Shown here in pieces: positions 1-8,387 of a stretch of 18,787 nucleotides of DNA. Below the pieces are notes generated by a model that was given only the letters and a program-made list of their open reading frames with translations, did not search any database and was not told the origin of the DNA. Both the position numbers and the translations under genes were made by a program. Source of the stretch: a virus (lineage: Duplodnaviria > Heunggongvirae > Uroviricota > Caudoviricetes); the IMG/VR virus record IMGVR_UViG_2778261532_000018, positions 1 through 18,787 of that record; one strand, written 5' to 3'. How positions within the stretch are numbered: position 1 is the first letter of the stretch; every line of letters begins with the position of its first letter.

Positions 1-411
1 ATGGATCAGGTAGTCATTTTTAAACAAATATTTGATAAAGTTCGAAACGATTTAAACTATCAATGGTTTTATTCTGAGCTAAAACGTCACAATGTCTCAC
101 ATTACATTTACTATTTAGCCACAGAGAATGTTCATATTGTATTAAAAAATGATAATATAGTGTTATTAAAGGGCCTAAAAAACATTGTGTCTGTCAAATT
201 TTCAAAGGATAGGCATCTTATAGAAACGACCTCTAATAAGCTGAAATCCAGAGAGATCACATTTCAGGAATACAGAAGAAACCTTGCTAAAGCAGGAGTT
301 TTTCGGTGGGTTACAAATATCCACGAACAAAAAAGATATTACTATACCTTTGATAAATCATTACTCTTTACTGAAAACATACAGAGCACATCACAAATAT
401 TTCCACACTAA
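1..411 (+). CDS. DUF1398-family (YbcV-like) prophage protein; ORF starts exactly at window edge so may be 5' partial
   Basis: 136-aa ORF on the strand opposite the lysis cassette, the position lambda uses for bor; resembles E. coli DLP12 YbcV as I recall it. Confidence 0.4.
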   Translation: MDQVVIFKQIFDKVRNDLNYQWFYSELKRHNVSHYIYYLATENVHIVLKNDNIVLLKGLKNIVSVKFSKDRHLIETTSNKLKSREITFQEYRRNLAKAGVFRWVTNIHEQKRYYYTFDKSLLFTENIQSTSQIFPH

Positions 412-709
412 ACCATAACGTCCGGTTTCTTCTACCCCAGCACCGGACTGGCTGACATGAAGAGCAACCCCGCGTTCAGTTGACGTGTTAATAACCCGGT
501 GTACATCGTTTTTGATTATTCCCCCACACTTGTGCAGAAGGAGTTCCCCGTCGGGCTACGGTCATGGTTAATGCGGGAATACAGCGACGATACAGCGCAT
601 TATGTGTCAGGCTTGAATACCTTTATCCGTTAAAAGGGATATCAGTTAAGTTATCCTGCGTAGGGTATAAGCCATTATCAAGCCCACCCGTAGATAGGCT
701 TTGTAATGG

Positions 710-967
710 CTACTTCGCTTTTGCTTCCGCTCGCTTACGCCGGCGCTCTTCTTTCCTCTCGGCTTTTGCCATGTCCATGAATGCCTGCATGATCGAGTTC
801 CGCATCATGTAGCTAACAAAGTGATGATTGACACAGCCGTTGAGGCGCAGCTGCTCGCCAAACTCATCCACCGAGGCCAATGCTTCCATCATGCCCTTCT
901 CGCCTTTCATGAACTCTGAGAAGTCGCGCCCCGCTCTGGAGGCGCATTCAATGACACGATCAATCAT
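710..967 (-). CDS. Hypothetical protein, translationally coupled to upstream KilA-N gene (possible C-terminal part of a split antirepressor-like gene)
   Basis: 85-aa ORF whose ATG overlaps the stop of the 964-1461 ORF in an ATGA motif (964-967). Confidence 0.35.
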   Translation of the reverse strand: MIDRVIECASRAGRDFSEFMKGEKGMMEALASVDEFGEQLRLNGCVNHHFVSYMMRNSIMQAFMDMAKAERKEERRRKRAEAKAK

Positions 968-1461
968 CCCGGAAGCCCGGGGATCGTAATCTGCAGCTGG
1001 TTAGCCAGGGAGTTAATCTCAGCGACCAACACTGGCTTCGTATAGCGCCATGCTGCCAGCCCTTGTCCGCAGAAGCTCGCCATGTCTTTCTTCTGGTCAA
1101 ACTCATGACATTTCATGTTGAGCTGCGCACTTAAGCTGTTGCGATGCTGAAGTTCTCCGGTGAAGTAGTCATCGAGGACTTTATAGGCCGCGTACTTGAA
1201 CCCGGGGTTTAGCCATGCTGCATAATCATAAGCAACAAACTTCCCGCCATATGTTCCACCGTGTACACCGCGCTCAGTAAAAACCACAGATTCGTGGTTT
1301 TTCTCCAGCTCGGCTAAGAACTCTTTGGTCTGCTTGTTTCGCAGGTAGTAGTACGGAGATTCAGATTCACTTTTACCACTGGCTTTCCACATATCAGTGA
1401 GGCAGATCATGCCATCTTCACCGATACGAATTGGTTGATTGAAGAGGGTTAATGATTTCAT
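964..1461 (-). CDS. KilA-N domain-containing protein
   Basis: 165-aa ORF, N-terminus MKSLTLFNQPIRIGEDGMICLTDMWKASGK resembles KilA-N/antirepressor N-terminal domains; ATG at 1461 with AGGT upstream. Confidence 0.5.
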   Translation of the reverse strand: MKSLTLFNQPIRIGEDGMICLTDMWKASGKSESESPYYYLRNKQTKEFLAELEKNHESVVFTERGVHGGTYGGKFVAYDYAAWLNPGFKYAAYKVLDDYFTGELQHRNSLSAQLNMKCHEFDQKKDMASFCGQGLAAWRYTKPVLVAEINSLANQLQITIPGLPG

Positions 1462-1575
1462 AGCGTATACCTACTCTTTGAAATGAACCTTTGCCGCACA
1501 GGAAACCAGCCCACCGAGGCTCGCCAGCACTAACTGGTATCCTCAAAGGCCCATTCCAAAGGGGCAGGTTCGGTG

Positions 1576-1602
1576 TAAAAAAACATGCGTTGCGGTACGC
1601 AT
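1576..1602 (-). terminator. Intrinsic terminator (second of tandem pair downstream of Rz)
   Basis: Minus strand reads ATGCGT-ACCGCA-ACGCAT followed by GTTTTTTT. Confidence 0.6.
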
Positions 1603-1609
1603 TTATTGC

Positions 1610-1632
1610 AAAAAAGCCCCGCATCGCGAGGC
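1610..1632 (-). terminator. Intrinsic terminator (first of tandem pair downstream of Rz)
   Basis: Minus strand reads GCCTCGC-GAT-GCGGGGC followed by TTTTTT. Confidence 0.6.
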
Positions 1633-1664
1633 TCATTAAATGGACTTTGTGATTTGCAAAAAAA

Positions 1665-1919
1665 TTATTTCAGGCATTGCGTCCTGATGTACTCCTGCAT
1701 TTCGATAGTCGCGTTAGCATCAGCAAGCTCCTTTGTATATCTGGCGTCGAGTTCTGCTACATCATGTTGACGCTTCTGCATGTCAGCGATTGTGGATGTG
1801 GCCTTATCGCGCTGCTCTTTGTAGGTAATGGCGTTATCACGGTAATGATTAACAGCCCATGACAGGCAGACGATGATGCAGATAACCAGAGCGGAGATAA
1901 TCGCGGTTACTCTGCTCAT
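1665..1919 (-). CDS. Rz: Rz i-spanin, internally shortened (84 aa versus about 153 aa in lambda)
   Basis: N-terminal 65-70 aa match lambda Rz including the TM segment ([34 protein letters not shown]); C-terminus resembles the lambda Rz end; the central region is absent. ATGA overlap with R stop. Confidence 0.75.
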   Translation of the reverse strand: MSRVTAIISALVICIIVCLSWAVNHYRDNAITYKEQRDKATSTIADMQKRQHDVAELDARYTKELADANATIEMQEYIRTQCLK

Positions 1920-2392
1920 ACCTCAATCTCTCTGACCATTCCGCCAGCTTCTTTGAATTTTGCAATCAGGTTGTCAGCCTTATGCTCGAACTGACCATAA
2001 CCAGCCCCCGGCAGTGAAGCCCAGATATTACTGCAACGGTCGATTGCCTGACGAATATCACCGCGGTCAATCATCGGTAAAGCGCCACGCTCTTTAATCT
2101 GCTGCAATGCCACAGCATCCTGACTTTTGGGAGAGAAGTCTTTCAGGCCAAGCTGCTTGCGATAGGCATCCCACCAACGGGAAAGAAGTTGGTAACGTCC
2201 GGCGGCTGTTGATTTGAGTTTTGGGTTTAGCGTGACAAGTTTGCGAGGGTGATCGGAGTAATCAGTGAATAGCTCTCCTCCTACAATGACGTCATAACCA
2301 TGATTTCTGGTTTTCTGACGTCCGTTATCAGTTCCCTCTGACCACGCCAGCATATCGAGGAACGCCTTACGTTGATTATTGATTTCCACCAT
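1916..2392 (-). CDS. R: Endolysin R (lytic transglycosylase)
   Basis: 158-aa product essentially matches lambda R ([45 protein letters not shown]...); start overlaps the end of S as in lambda. Confidence 0.95.
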   Translation of the reverse strand: MVEINNQRKAFLDMLAWSEGTDNGRQKTRNHGYDVIVGGELFTDYSDHPRKLVTLNPKLKSTAAGRYQLLSRWWDAYRKQLGLKDFSPKSQDAVALQQIKERGALPMIDRGDIRQAIDRCSNIWASLPGAGYGQFEHKADNLIAKFKEAGGMVREIEV

Positions 2393-2699
2393 CTTCTACT
2401 CCGGCTTTTTTAGCAGCGAAGCGTTTGATAAGCGAACCAATCGAGTCAGTACCGATGTAGCCGATGAACACGCTCGTTATATAAGCGAGATTGCTACTTA
2501 GTCCGGCGAAGTCGAGAAGGTCACGAATGAACCAGGCGATAATGGCGCACATCGTTGCGTCGATTACTGTTTTTGTAAACGCACCGCCATTATATCTGCC
2601 GCGAAGGTACGCCATTGCAAACGCAAGGATTGCCCCGATGCCTTGTTCCTTTGCCGCGAGAATGGCGGCTAACAGGTCATGTTTTTCTGGCATCTTCAT
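2376..2699 (-). CDS. S: Holin S (class I, dual-start S107/S105)
   Basis: 107-aa product matches lambda S ([39 protein letters not shown]...); the ATGAAGATG dual start motif is present. Confidence 0.95.
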   Translation of the reverse strand: MKMPEKHDLLAAILAAKEQGIGAILAFAMAYLRGRYNGGAFTKTVIDATMCAIIAWFIRDLLDFAGLSSNLAYITSVFIGYIGTDSIGSLIKRFAAKKAGVEDGGNQ

Positions 2700-2941
2700 G
2701 TCTTACCCCCAATAAGGGGATTTGCTCTATTTAATTAGGAATAAGGTCGATTACTGATAGAACAAATCCAGGCTACTGTGTTTAGTAATCAGATTTGTTC
2801 GTGACCGATATGCACGGGCAAAACGGCATGAGGTTGTTAGCGCAGCCTCCTGCCACCTGCTTTCACGAAGGTCATATGTAGAAGGCCGCAGCATAACTAT
2901 CACTGATGAATTCAGGATAGCCAGTGGCTACGGCTTAGTTA

Positions 2942-3017
2942 TGGTGCTGGTTAACGGACTTGAACCGCTACCCATTCGCTTACAAGGCGACGGCTCTACC
3001 ATTGGAGCTAAACCAGC
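2942..3017 (-). tRNA. tRNA, predicted anticodon UGU (Thr)
   Basis: Manual cloverleaf on minus strand: acceptor GCTGGTT/AACCAGC 7/7 bp, D stem GCTC/GAGC, anticodon stem 4/5 bp with loop CTTGTAA, T arm AGCGG-TTCAAGT-CCGTT, discriminator A, encoded CCA. Confidence 0.6.
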
Positions 3018-3022
3018 ATATT

Positions 3023-3097
3023 TGGCGGGACAGCGTGGACTCGAACCACGATAAGAAGGTTAACAGCCTTCCGTAATGACCTTTATACGACTGACCC
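3023..3097 (-). tRNA. tRNA-like gene, predicted anticodon GUU (Asn-like); weaker fold
   Basis: Minus strand: anticodon arm GAAGG-CTGTTAA-CCTTC and T arm CGTGG-TTCGAGT-CCACG with loops identical to E. coli tRNA-Asn as I recall it; discriminator G, encoded CCA; one U-U mismatch each in acceptor and D stems; 4-nt variable loop. Confidence 0.45.
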
Positions 3098-3099
3098 AA

Positions 3100-3187
3100 A
3101 TAAAAAAGCCACCGTTGCAACTTAAGAGTCACTAACGGCAGCTTATGCGAATAGTGTTGCTCATTTGCTCAATGATGTCAACACGTT
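3100..3187 (-). promoter_or_regulatory. Candidate late promoter / Q-utilisation region with leader hairpin
   Basis: Immediately downstream of the Q stop; TTGACA on minus strand at 3176-3181, no convincing -10; hairpin CCGTT...AACGG (3112-3137) followed by a T-run on the minus strand. Assignment is by position. Confidence 0.25.
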
Positions 3188-3676
3188 CTATGCTACATGT
3201 TTAATTTTCTCTACACGTTTCCGGTTTTTAAACGCACTATCCAGAACCGGGCAAATCATAAACAACGAGGCATTAAGGATTTCGTCAACTTCCCGTCGAC
3301 AGGTTGCGAGCGATGGTTTTTGAATGCGCCCGCCGCCACGGCATAACATCTTGCGAGGTCTTGCGACGCGATGATAGTAAGATGCAATGGCGTGCTTGGA
3401 AGAACCATGAGCGTAGTAGCTGAGGAGGATGCCAAAGGCTTTCTTGTCAATGCACATGACGGAATCGACGACCTGAGAAATCAACATTCCATCATCATCA
3501 TTGCACATTGGCCTTGTCATAACTCTTCCCGGCTCTACGCTCTCCATGAACTTCGCTATTACGCTGCTCATACGCTTTTCCAGACGACCTGAATAAACCC
3601 ATGCGCCCCACAGTTCAAGCCAGCCATTCAGCCACTCATGCTGTTCTTTGGTGAGGTTTAGTTCTCTTATGCCCAC
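3188..3676 (-). CDS. Q: Late-gene antiterminator Q (non-lambda Q family, phage 82/21/933W-like)
   Basis: 162-aa ORF directly upstream of the late promoter/tRNA/S region; unrelated to lambda Q but resembles Q proteins of other lambdoid phages as I recall them. Confidence 0.7.
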   Translation of the reverse strand: MGIRELNLTKEQHEWLNGWLELWGAWVYSGRLEKRMSSVIAKFMESVEPGRVMTRPMCNDDDGMLISQVVDSVMCIDKKAFGILLSYYAHGSSKHAIASYYHRVARPRKMLCRGGGRIQKPSLATCRREVDEILNASLFMICPVLDSAFKNRKRVEKIKHVA

Positions 3677-4338
3677 GCGCCTTCTCCCTGTACCTGAATC
3701 AATGTGAGATTTCCGCAGAACACTGCGCCGGTATCGATATACATCTGGTTGGCAAATTTGAGTGGTTTCACTGCTGGCGTATGACCAAAGATGAACGTGT
3801 CCGCGCCTTTAATTTCTTTCACGATCCCGTCTTGTGAGTTGCTGATTCGTTTGCGGTTCCAGATTACCTGCTGATGATCAACTGGCTTTCCAAACTCGTA
3901 TTCGTCAAAGGGATAATCGGCGTGGCAGATAACATATTTTTTATCTTTGCTCACCAGTTCGATGATTAACGGAAGTTCTTCTGCTTTATGGGCAAGAGCT
4001 TTAGCCAGAATTTCTTTGTCGTAATCGAGATTAAAGAACCAGCCACCGCCATTAAGCAGCCAGTGATTGACGTTTCCACGCTCTGATAAGCCATCAATCA
4101 TCATGTGCTCATGGTTTCCACGTACAGCTCTGAACCAGGGGAATGTGATTAATTCCAGGCATTCAACGTTCTCTGCACCACGATCAACCAAATCGCCCAC
4201 CGAGATAAGCAGGTCTTTTTTGTTGTCGAATCCAATCGTATCCAGTTTGTTCATCAGGTTCGTGTAGCATCCGTGCAGATCGCCAACTACCCAAATATTT
4301 CGGTATTTGCTGCCATCAATTCTTTCGTAGATATTCAT
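3667..4338 (-). CDS. ninI: Ser/Thr protein phosphatase NinI (lambda PPase, calcineurin-like)
   Basis: 223-aa product with GDLHG and GNHE metallophosphatase motifs; near-identical to the lambda phosphatase as I recall; ATGA overlap with ninG stop. Confidence 0.9.
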   Translation of the reverse strand: MNIYERIDGSKYRNIWVVGDLHGCYTNLMNKLDTIGFDNKKDLLISVGDLVDRGAENVECLELITFPWFRAVRGNHEHMMIDGLSERGNVNHWLLNGGGWFFNLDYDKEILAKALAHKAEELPLIIELVSKDKKYVICHADYPFDEYEFGKPVDHQQVIWNRKRISNSQDGIVKEIKGADTFIFGHTPAVKPLKFANQMYIDTGAVFCGNLTLIQVQGEGAWA

Positions 4339-4937
4339 GCAGCCTCACTTCTGCTGTTTCGCAGTTTTTTAAGTTTCTGTTGATACTCCGCCTTGATGGC
4401 CCTGCACTCTTCGACAGTCCAGCGATGGCGGTTATGGTTTGATTCGATTTCGTCTACTGCTTCCTGCCCGATGCGGTTAATCAGTTCGACGCGATACGGA
4501 ACGAGATTTCCGCTTTTATGTTGGTTGCACACCACGCATTGCTTGTGAATATTGCGTTCATCAAATCGGAGTTGAGGCGCCGCAGCAGTTGTCCGGTAAT
4601 GCCCGGCATCCCACTGAGCAGACGTGAGCGTTCCGCACGAGATACATGGTAAGTCGCGGTCTCTTTCTCTGATGAAGGCGTTTACGGCTTGTTGGGCTTG
4701 TTTAATCCAGTAACTGCGGGGCTTTAAGGCGAGTTTTCGAATCTTAAGTTTATCTTTCTGTCTCTGATCCTCTCGTCGTCGTTTCTTCTCTGCTGCTTTT
4801 TCCGCTTTTTCGCGTTCTTTGCTTCGTCGTTCGAGTGCTATCTTTGTTCCACAAATCTCATTACACCAATATTGATTTTGATATTTTGGTATAAACCATT
4901 CATTGCAACATTTACATTTCCTTCGATAGATTCGCAT
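4335..4937 (-). CDS. ninG: NinG (Rap) recombination protein with recoded N-terminus
   Basis: ATG at 4937 preceded by AGGAG; product [15 protein letters not shown]... becomes lambda-NinG-like from [18 protein letters not shown] onward; the first ~30 codons are AT-rich and divergent. Confidence 0.8.
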   Translation of the reverse strand: MRIYRRKCKCCNEWFIPKYQNQYWCNEICGTKIALERRSKEREKAEKAAEKKRRREDQRQKDKLKIRKLALKPRSYWIKQAQQAVNAFIRERDRDLPCISCGTLTSAQWDAGHYRTTAAAPQLRFDERNIHKQCVVCNQHKSGNLVPYRVELINRIGQEAVDEIESNHNRHRWTVEECRAIKAEYQQKLKKLRNSRSEAA

Positions 4938-5478
4938 AAGTGCTCCTTTCGTTGCCGGAAAAATCACCGTAATACTTATCTCGGGCTTCTTCAGCAACTA
5001 GTACCGCTAACTCCAGATCATCAAAGCATCCGAAGTGTTTACTCTTGCCATGGAAACCTAGCCTAACATTCCATTTTTTCTGTCGTTTGTGCCAAGTAAC
5101 TCCTCTGCAACCTGATTTGCTATTCTTTCGGATCCTTATATTTCTTGAATTTTCTATTGGCAGGCATTCTCTTAAATTTTCTGGCCTATTGTCGGTCCTA
5201 ATTCCATTAACGTGGTCAATTTGACCAGCAGGCCAACGATTATGAGTTATGTAAAAAACTAAGACGTGAGTTTTATATCTACGCCCATCAATCATGATCA
5301 TTGAATAACCGTTGGAATCAAAAGTTCCAGCAACACTATTTAATGCTATCCTTCCCTGAGTGGGAACTTTCCATCTAAATACACCGGTAGATTTATCGAA
5401 ACTTAGTAACTCAAATATCCTTTTAACAGTTAAATCTTCTCTTTTACGGTTACATCGTCTTCGCGCTGGTTTAGCCAT
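4912..5478 (-). CDS. HNH homing endonuclease (HNH_3 plus AP2-like DNA-binding domain) fused to the native ninG start
   Basis: 188-aa ORF; first 9 codons MAKPARRRC sit at the normal ninF/ninG junction; then HNH motif ([16 protein letters not shown]) and AP2-like segment ([27 protein letters not shown]); AT-rich. Confidence 0.75.
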   Translation of the reverse strand: MAKPARRRCNRKREDLTVKRIFELLSFDKSTGVFRWKVPTQGRIALNSVAGTFDSNGYSMIMIDGRRYKTHVLVFYITHNRWPAGQIDHVNGIRTDNRPENLRECLPIENSRNIRIRKNSKSGCRGVTWHKRQKKWNVRLGFHGKSKHFGCFDDLELAVLVAEEARDKYYGDFSGNERSTYANLSKEM

Positions 5479-5647
5479 CGTCTTCTTCCTCGTACATTGA
5501 GCTATTCGGATCGCTCATCAGTTCTGCGCAGCAATCGGAGCACACGTGAACTTCCAGCACATGCAGCTTCTGACCGCAGTTAGCGCACGTTAAAGCTCGC
5601 TCGACGCTTTCTTTCTGGTATTGAAGGGATTGGGATTGGCTAAGCAT
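5471..5647 (-). CDS. ninF: NinF
   Basis: Product from [36 protein letters not shown]... matches lambda NinF as I recall it; start chosen at the internal ATG 5647. Confidence 0.8.
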   Translation of the reverse strand: MLSQSQSLQYQKESVERALTCANCGQKLHVLEVHVCSDCCAELMSDPNSSMYEEEDDG

Positions 5648-6047
5648 GGATTTCACCATTAAAAAGTCGCTTGTAAGCATCAATGTCTCGTTTTGCTTCA
5701 CCGAGCTTTCGTCTTAATTCCATGTTTTCTGATTCAAGCTTTTCCATGTCTTGTTGGTATCGATCGCGGTGTTCTTTCCATGCTTTTTGATACGCCTTCA
5801 TGTATGTCGTATTGGCCTTTCTCTTTGCCTGACGAACCGCATGGTGGTTTTTCACAAACCAGTCAGGGTCGTTAAATGCTGCTCTGGCGCAGGTATACCA
5901 ATAATTTGTTGCCTCCCTGTTTAGCCAATAAATACTGATAAATGGCAACCGGATAGACACCATTTTTCGTTGTGACTCTTTCTCGCCAAACATGTGTCCT
6001 TTTTTGATGCTAAGGCCAAATCCAGGTTGAATTAAAAGCATTGTCAT
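5640..6047 (-). CDS. Hypothetical nin-region protein (slot between ninE and ninF, where P22-like phages carry ninX)
   Basis: 135-aa ORF whose ATG overlaps the ninE stop (ATGA); charged, probably coiled-coil C-terminus; no lambda counterpart recalled. Confidence 0.5.
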   Translation of the reverse strand: MTMLLIQPGFGLSIKKGHMFGEKESQRKMVSIRLPFISIYWLNREATNYWYTCARAAFNDPDWFVKNHHAVRQAKRKANTTYMKAYQKAWKEHRDRYQQDMEKLESENMELRRKLGEAKRDIDAYKRLFNGEIHA

Positions 6048-6220
6048 TTCCTCGCACGTTCTCTAAGCCACCGGATATCCCACAGGTGAGCCGTGTAGTT
6101 GAAGGTTTTTACGTCAGATTCTTTTGGGATTGGCTTGCGTTTATTTCTGGAGCGTTTCGTTGGAAGGTATTTGCAGTTTTCGCAGATGATGTCGGTGATA
6201 CTTCGTCGCTGTCGTCTCAT
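6044..6220 (-). CDS. ninE: NinE
   Basis: Manually translated 58-aa ORF, below the 60-aa cutoff of the ORF track: [58 protein letters not shown]; ATGA overlaps on both sides. Confidence 0.7.
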   Translation of the reverse strand: MRRQRRSITDIICENCKYLPTKRSRNKRKPIPKESDVKTFNYTAHLWDIRWLRERARK

Positions 6221-7062
6221 GACGCATCCTCAAAATTAAATCCAAGCTGACATGAAAATGCTTCACATGATTCAGAACACGAACCTGAATCATACTGTCG
6301 CATTGATGTCATTCTTGAGGCTAACTCATCTCTTGATATATCACTAAACAAGGCAATCAGTGATTTAAGTGTATTATTCCCTCGATACATAACCGGTTCC
6401 TTTCCTGTTTTTATTTCTGTATCAAGGATGTTGATAAATGCATCTGCAAGTTCTGGCTCATCCATGGCTGCCAGCGCCACCTTTTGCATACTTTTTTTTA
6501 TGCAGAAAACACAATTACCAAGATGCTCCTGTATGCCAAGATCAAACTTCTGCTCACTCCACCAATCAAGCACATCCTGTTTTTCAAAATCGCTTATATC
6601 AGCCAGGTACCGAAAACCATTAGCCCTTTTAAGCCTGTTTGGTTCATCTGTGCGAATGCCAAGCCATGTGATGTAATTTCCTTTCCCAAACTTTTCCTGA
6701 CAATATTTGGTGAATGGAACAGACTTCATTCTGTCGGTACAGAACGCACCGCCGATATATGGATGTCCGTATTTATTCAACATCCTTTTCCACGGTATAA
6801 GATCTGGACCAATATCATTGACACCTATCTCTTCATAACTACTGGCCTTCCCCATTTCTGGATTAGGTATTACACGAAGGCAATGTAAGTCTATTTTCCA
6901 GTTACTGACGATATTTCGGATGAACTCATATGTTTTAGGGTGCTCTGCCCCTGTATCCATGAAAACGTAATGCACGTCTTCACCTGCCTGTCGCTTTTGC
7001 TCCATTAGCCAGAGCAAATATGCTGACGTCCTGCCACCTGAGAAACTAACGACATTTATCAT
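6217..7062 (-). CDS. ninC: NinC (PAPS-reductase-like protein)
   Basis: Product from [24 protein letters not shown]... matches lambda NinC as I recall it; start at internal ATG 7062 overlapping the methyltransferase stop, not the extended track start 7152. Confidence 0.85.
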   Translation of the reverse strand: MINVVSFSGGRTSAYLLWLMEQKRQAGEDVHYVFMDTGAEHPKTYEFIRNIVSNWKIDLHCLRVIPNPEMGKASSYEEIGVNDIGPDLIPWKRMLNKYGHPYIGGAFCTDRMKSVPFTKYCQEKFGKGNYITWLGIRTDEPNRLKRANGFRYLADISDFEKQDVLDWWSEQKFDLGIQEHLGNCVFCIKKSMQKVALAAMDEPELADAFINILDTEIKTGKEPVMYRGNNTLKSLIALFSDISRDELASRMTSMRQYDSGSCSESCEAFSCQLGFNFEDAS

Positions 7063-7586
7063 GCAGCCCTCCTGACACCCTGCCCGATCGCCATCAATGC
7101 CGCTTTGGATACGGTAGTAAACATCCGTCGAGGACTGATGAACGGTCGCCAAATCAGCAGCATGGAGCCTTTGCTGTTTCCCTTCTTCTCCAGCCCCGTC
7201 GATGGTTCGATAAAATTAATCCGTCCATCAGTGATAATACGAACTTCGTCAACACTCTCCAGAGCCTTGCTGAACCATCCGACAGACATATCCTCTGGCA
7301 CAAGCATCACTACCGTCTGTCGTTGTTGTATGCACTGCTCAGCGGCTTTTTCCACCCACGGCCTGATATTGCTGTACGGTGGGTTATTCCAGATTGCACC
7401 GTGGCTTACCCACTCAGAATTGAGCGCGTCGTCGGCCTCAGTTAGCCAGTGAGCACACAGAGCATTTTTGTCGCTCGCTGCCGAATCCAGCCAGAATCCA
7501 AACTCAATATCCAGTGCATCAAAAAGCCAAAGCGGCGTTTGCCAGCAGTCCTTGTCGTGTGCTGGCGTATTTGATTTGATAGTCAT
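7059..7586 (-). CDS. Phage DNA N6-adenine methyltransferase (Dam-like)
   Basis: 176-aa product from MTIKSNTPAHDKDCWQTPLWLFDALD... with NPPY catalytic motif (IWNNPPYSN); ATGA overlaps with ninB stop and ninC start. Confidence 0.7.
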   Translation of the reverse strand: MTIKSNTPAHDKDCWQTPLWLFDALDIEFGFWLDSAASDKNALCAHWLTEADDALNSEWVSHGAIWNNPPYSNIRPWVEKAAEQCIQQRQTVVMLVPEDMSVGWFSKALESVDEVRIITDGRINFIEPSTGLEKKGNSKGSMLLIWRPFISPRRMFTTVSKAALMAIGQGVRRAA

Positions 7587-8023
7587 GCAGCCCGATCTCC
7601 CCATCTCGCTTTCCACTCCAGAGCCAGTCTCGCTTCGTCTGACCACTTAACGCCACGCTCTGTACCGAATGCCTGTATAAGCTCTAATAGCTCCGCAAAT
7701 TCGCCTACACGCATCCTGCTGGTTGACTGGCCTATTACCACAAAGCCATTCCCGGCAAGGTTAGGAACAACATCCTGCTGCTTTAATGCTGCGGTAAACA
7801 CACACTTCCAGCTTTCTGCATCCAGCCAGCGACCATGCCATTCAACCTGACGAGAGACGTCACCAAGGCAAGCCCAAAGCTTTCGGTTTTGGTCTAAGCT
7901 GCGGTTGCGTTCCTGAATGGTTACTACGATTGGTTTGGTTGGGTCTGGAAGAATTTGCTGTACTGCGTGAATAGCGTTTTGCTGATGTGCTGGAGATCGA
8001 ATTTCAAAGGTTAGTTTTTTCAT
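7583..8023 (-). CDS. ninB: NinB recombination protein
   Basis: Product from MKKLTFEIRSPAHQQNAIHAVQQILPDPTKPIVVTIQERNRSLDQNRKLWACLGDVSRQVEWHGRWL... matches lambda NinB as I recall it. Confidence 0.9.
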   Translation of the reverse strand: MKKLTFEIRSPAHQQNAIHAVQQILPDPTKPIVVTIQERNRSLDQNRKLWACLGDVSRQVEWHGRWLDAESWKCVFTAALKQQDVVPNLAGNGFVVIGQSTSRMRVGEFAELLELIQAFGTERGVKWSDEARLALEWKARWGDRAA

Positions 8024-8037
8024 GACTTCCCTCTCCC

Positions 8038-8071
8038 CCAAATAAAAAGGCCTGCGATTACCAGCAGGCCT
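8038..8071 (-). terminator. Intrinsic terminator between ren and ninB (tR2-like position)
   Basis: Minus strand: AGGCCTGC-TGGTAATC-GCAGGCCT followed by TTTTTATTT. Confidence 0.65.
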
Positions 8072-8096
8072 GTTATTAGCTCAGTGATGTAGATGG

Positions 8097-8387
8097 TCAT
8101 CTTTTAACTCCATATACCGCCAATACCCGTTTCATCGCGGCACTCTGGCGACACTCCTTAAAAATCAGGTTCGTGCTCATCTTTCCTTCCCGTTCTTCCC
8201 TGGTAGCAAACCGGTAATACACCGTTCGCCAGACCTTACCTTCGATAACCAGAAGACCTGCCCGTGCCATTTTAGCCGCGGCCTGATTTATGCTGGTTAC
8301 TGTTGCGCCTGTTAGCGCGGCAACGTCCGGCGCACAGAAGCTATTATGCGTCCCCAGGTAATGAATAATTGCCTCTTTGCCCGTCAT
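8097..8387 (-). CDS. ren: Ren
   Basis: 96-aa product MTGKEAIIHYLGTHNSFCAPDVAALTGATVTSINQAAAKMARAG... matches lambda Ren as I recall it. Confidence 0.9.
   Translation of the reverse strand: MTGKEAIIHYLGTHNSFCAPDVAALTGATVTSINQAAAKMARAGLLVIEGKVWRTVYYRFATREEREGKMSTNLIFKECRQSAAMKRVLAVYGVKR

Noticed and set aside
564-812. 82-aa plus-strand ORF
   Set aside because: Overlaps the minus-strand ORF 710-967, which is translationally coupled to the KilA-N gene; no supporting signal.
1418-1636. 72-aa minus-strand ORF between Rz and the KilA-N gene
   Set aside because: Spans the two intrinsic terminators and overlaps the KilA-N start; no SD; more likely non-coding.
2491-2715. 74-aa plus-strand ORF
   Set aside because: Lies entirely antisense within the holin gene S, which matches lambda S; almost certainly a shadow ORF.
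2822-2870. Imperfect 9-bp hairpin (GGCAGGAGG ... CCTCATGCC) between the tRNAs and S, checked as a possible third tRNA
   Set aside because: No T-arm or acceptor-stem pattern; cannot be folded into a cloverleaf; kept only as possible mRNA secondary structure.
3256-3592. Two ORFs (3256-3450 minus, 3371-3592 plus) inside the Q gene
   Set aside because: Alternative-frame and antisense ORFs within a well-supported gene; no independent evidence.
6428-6888. Plus-strand ORFs of 61-134 aa inside ninC
   Set aside because: Antisense to ninC, which matches lambda NinC; typical shadow ORFs.
7063-7152. Extended N-terminus of the ninC track ORF (start 7152)
   Set aside because: The extension overlaps the methyltransferase gene in another frame; the lambda-like NinC sequence begins at the internal ATG 7062.
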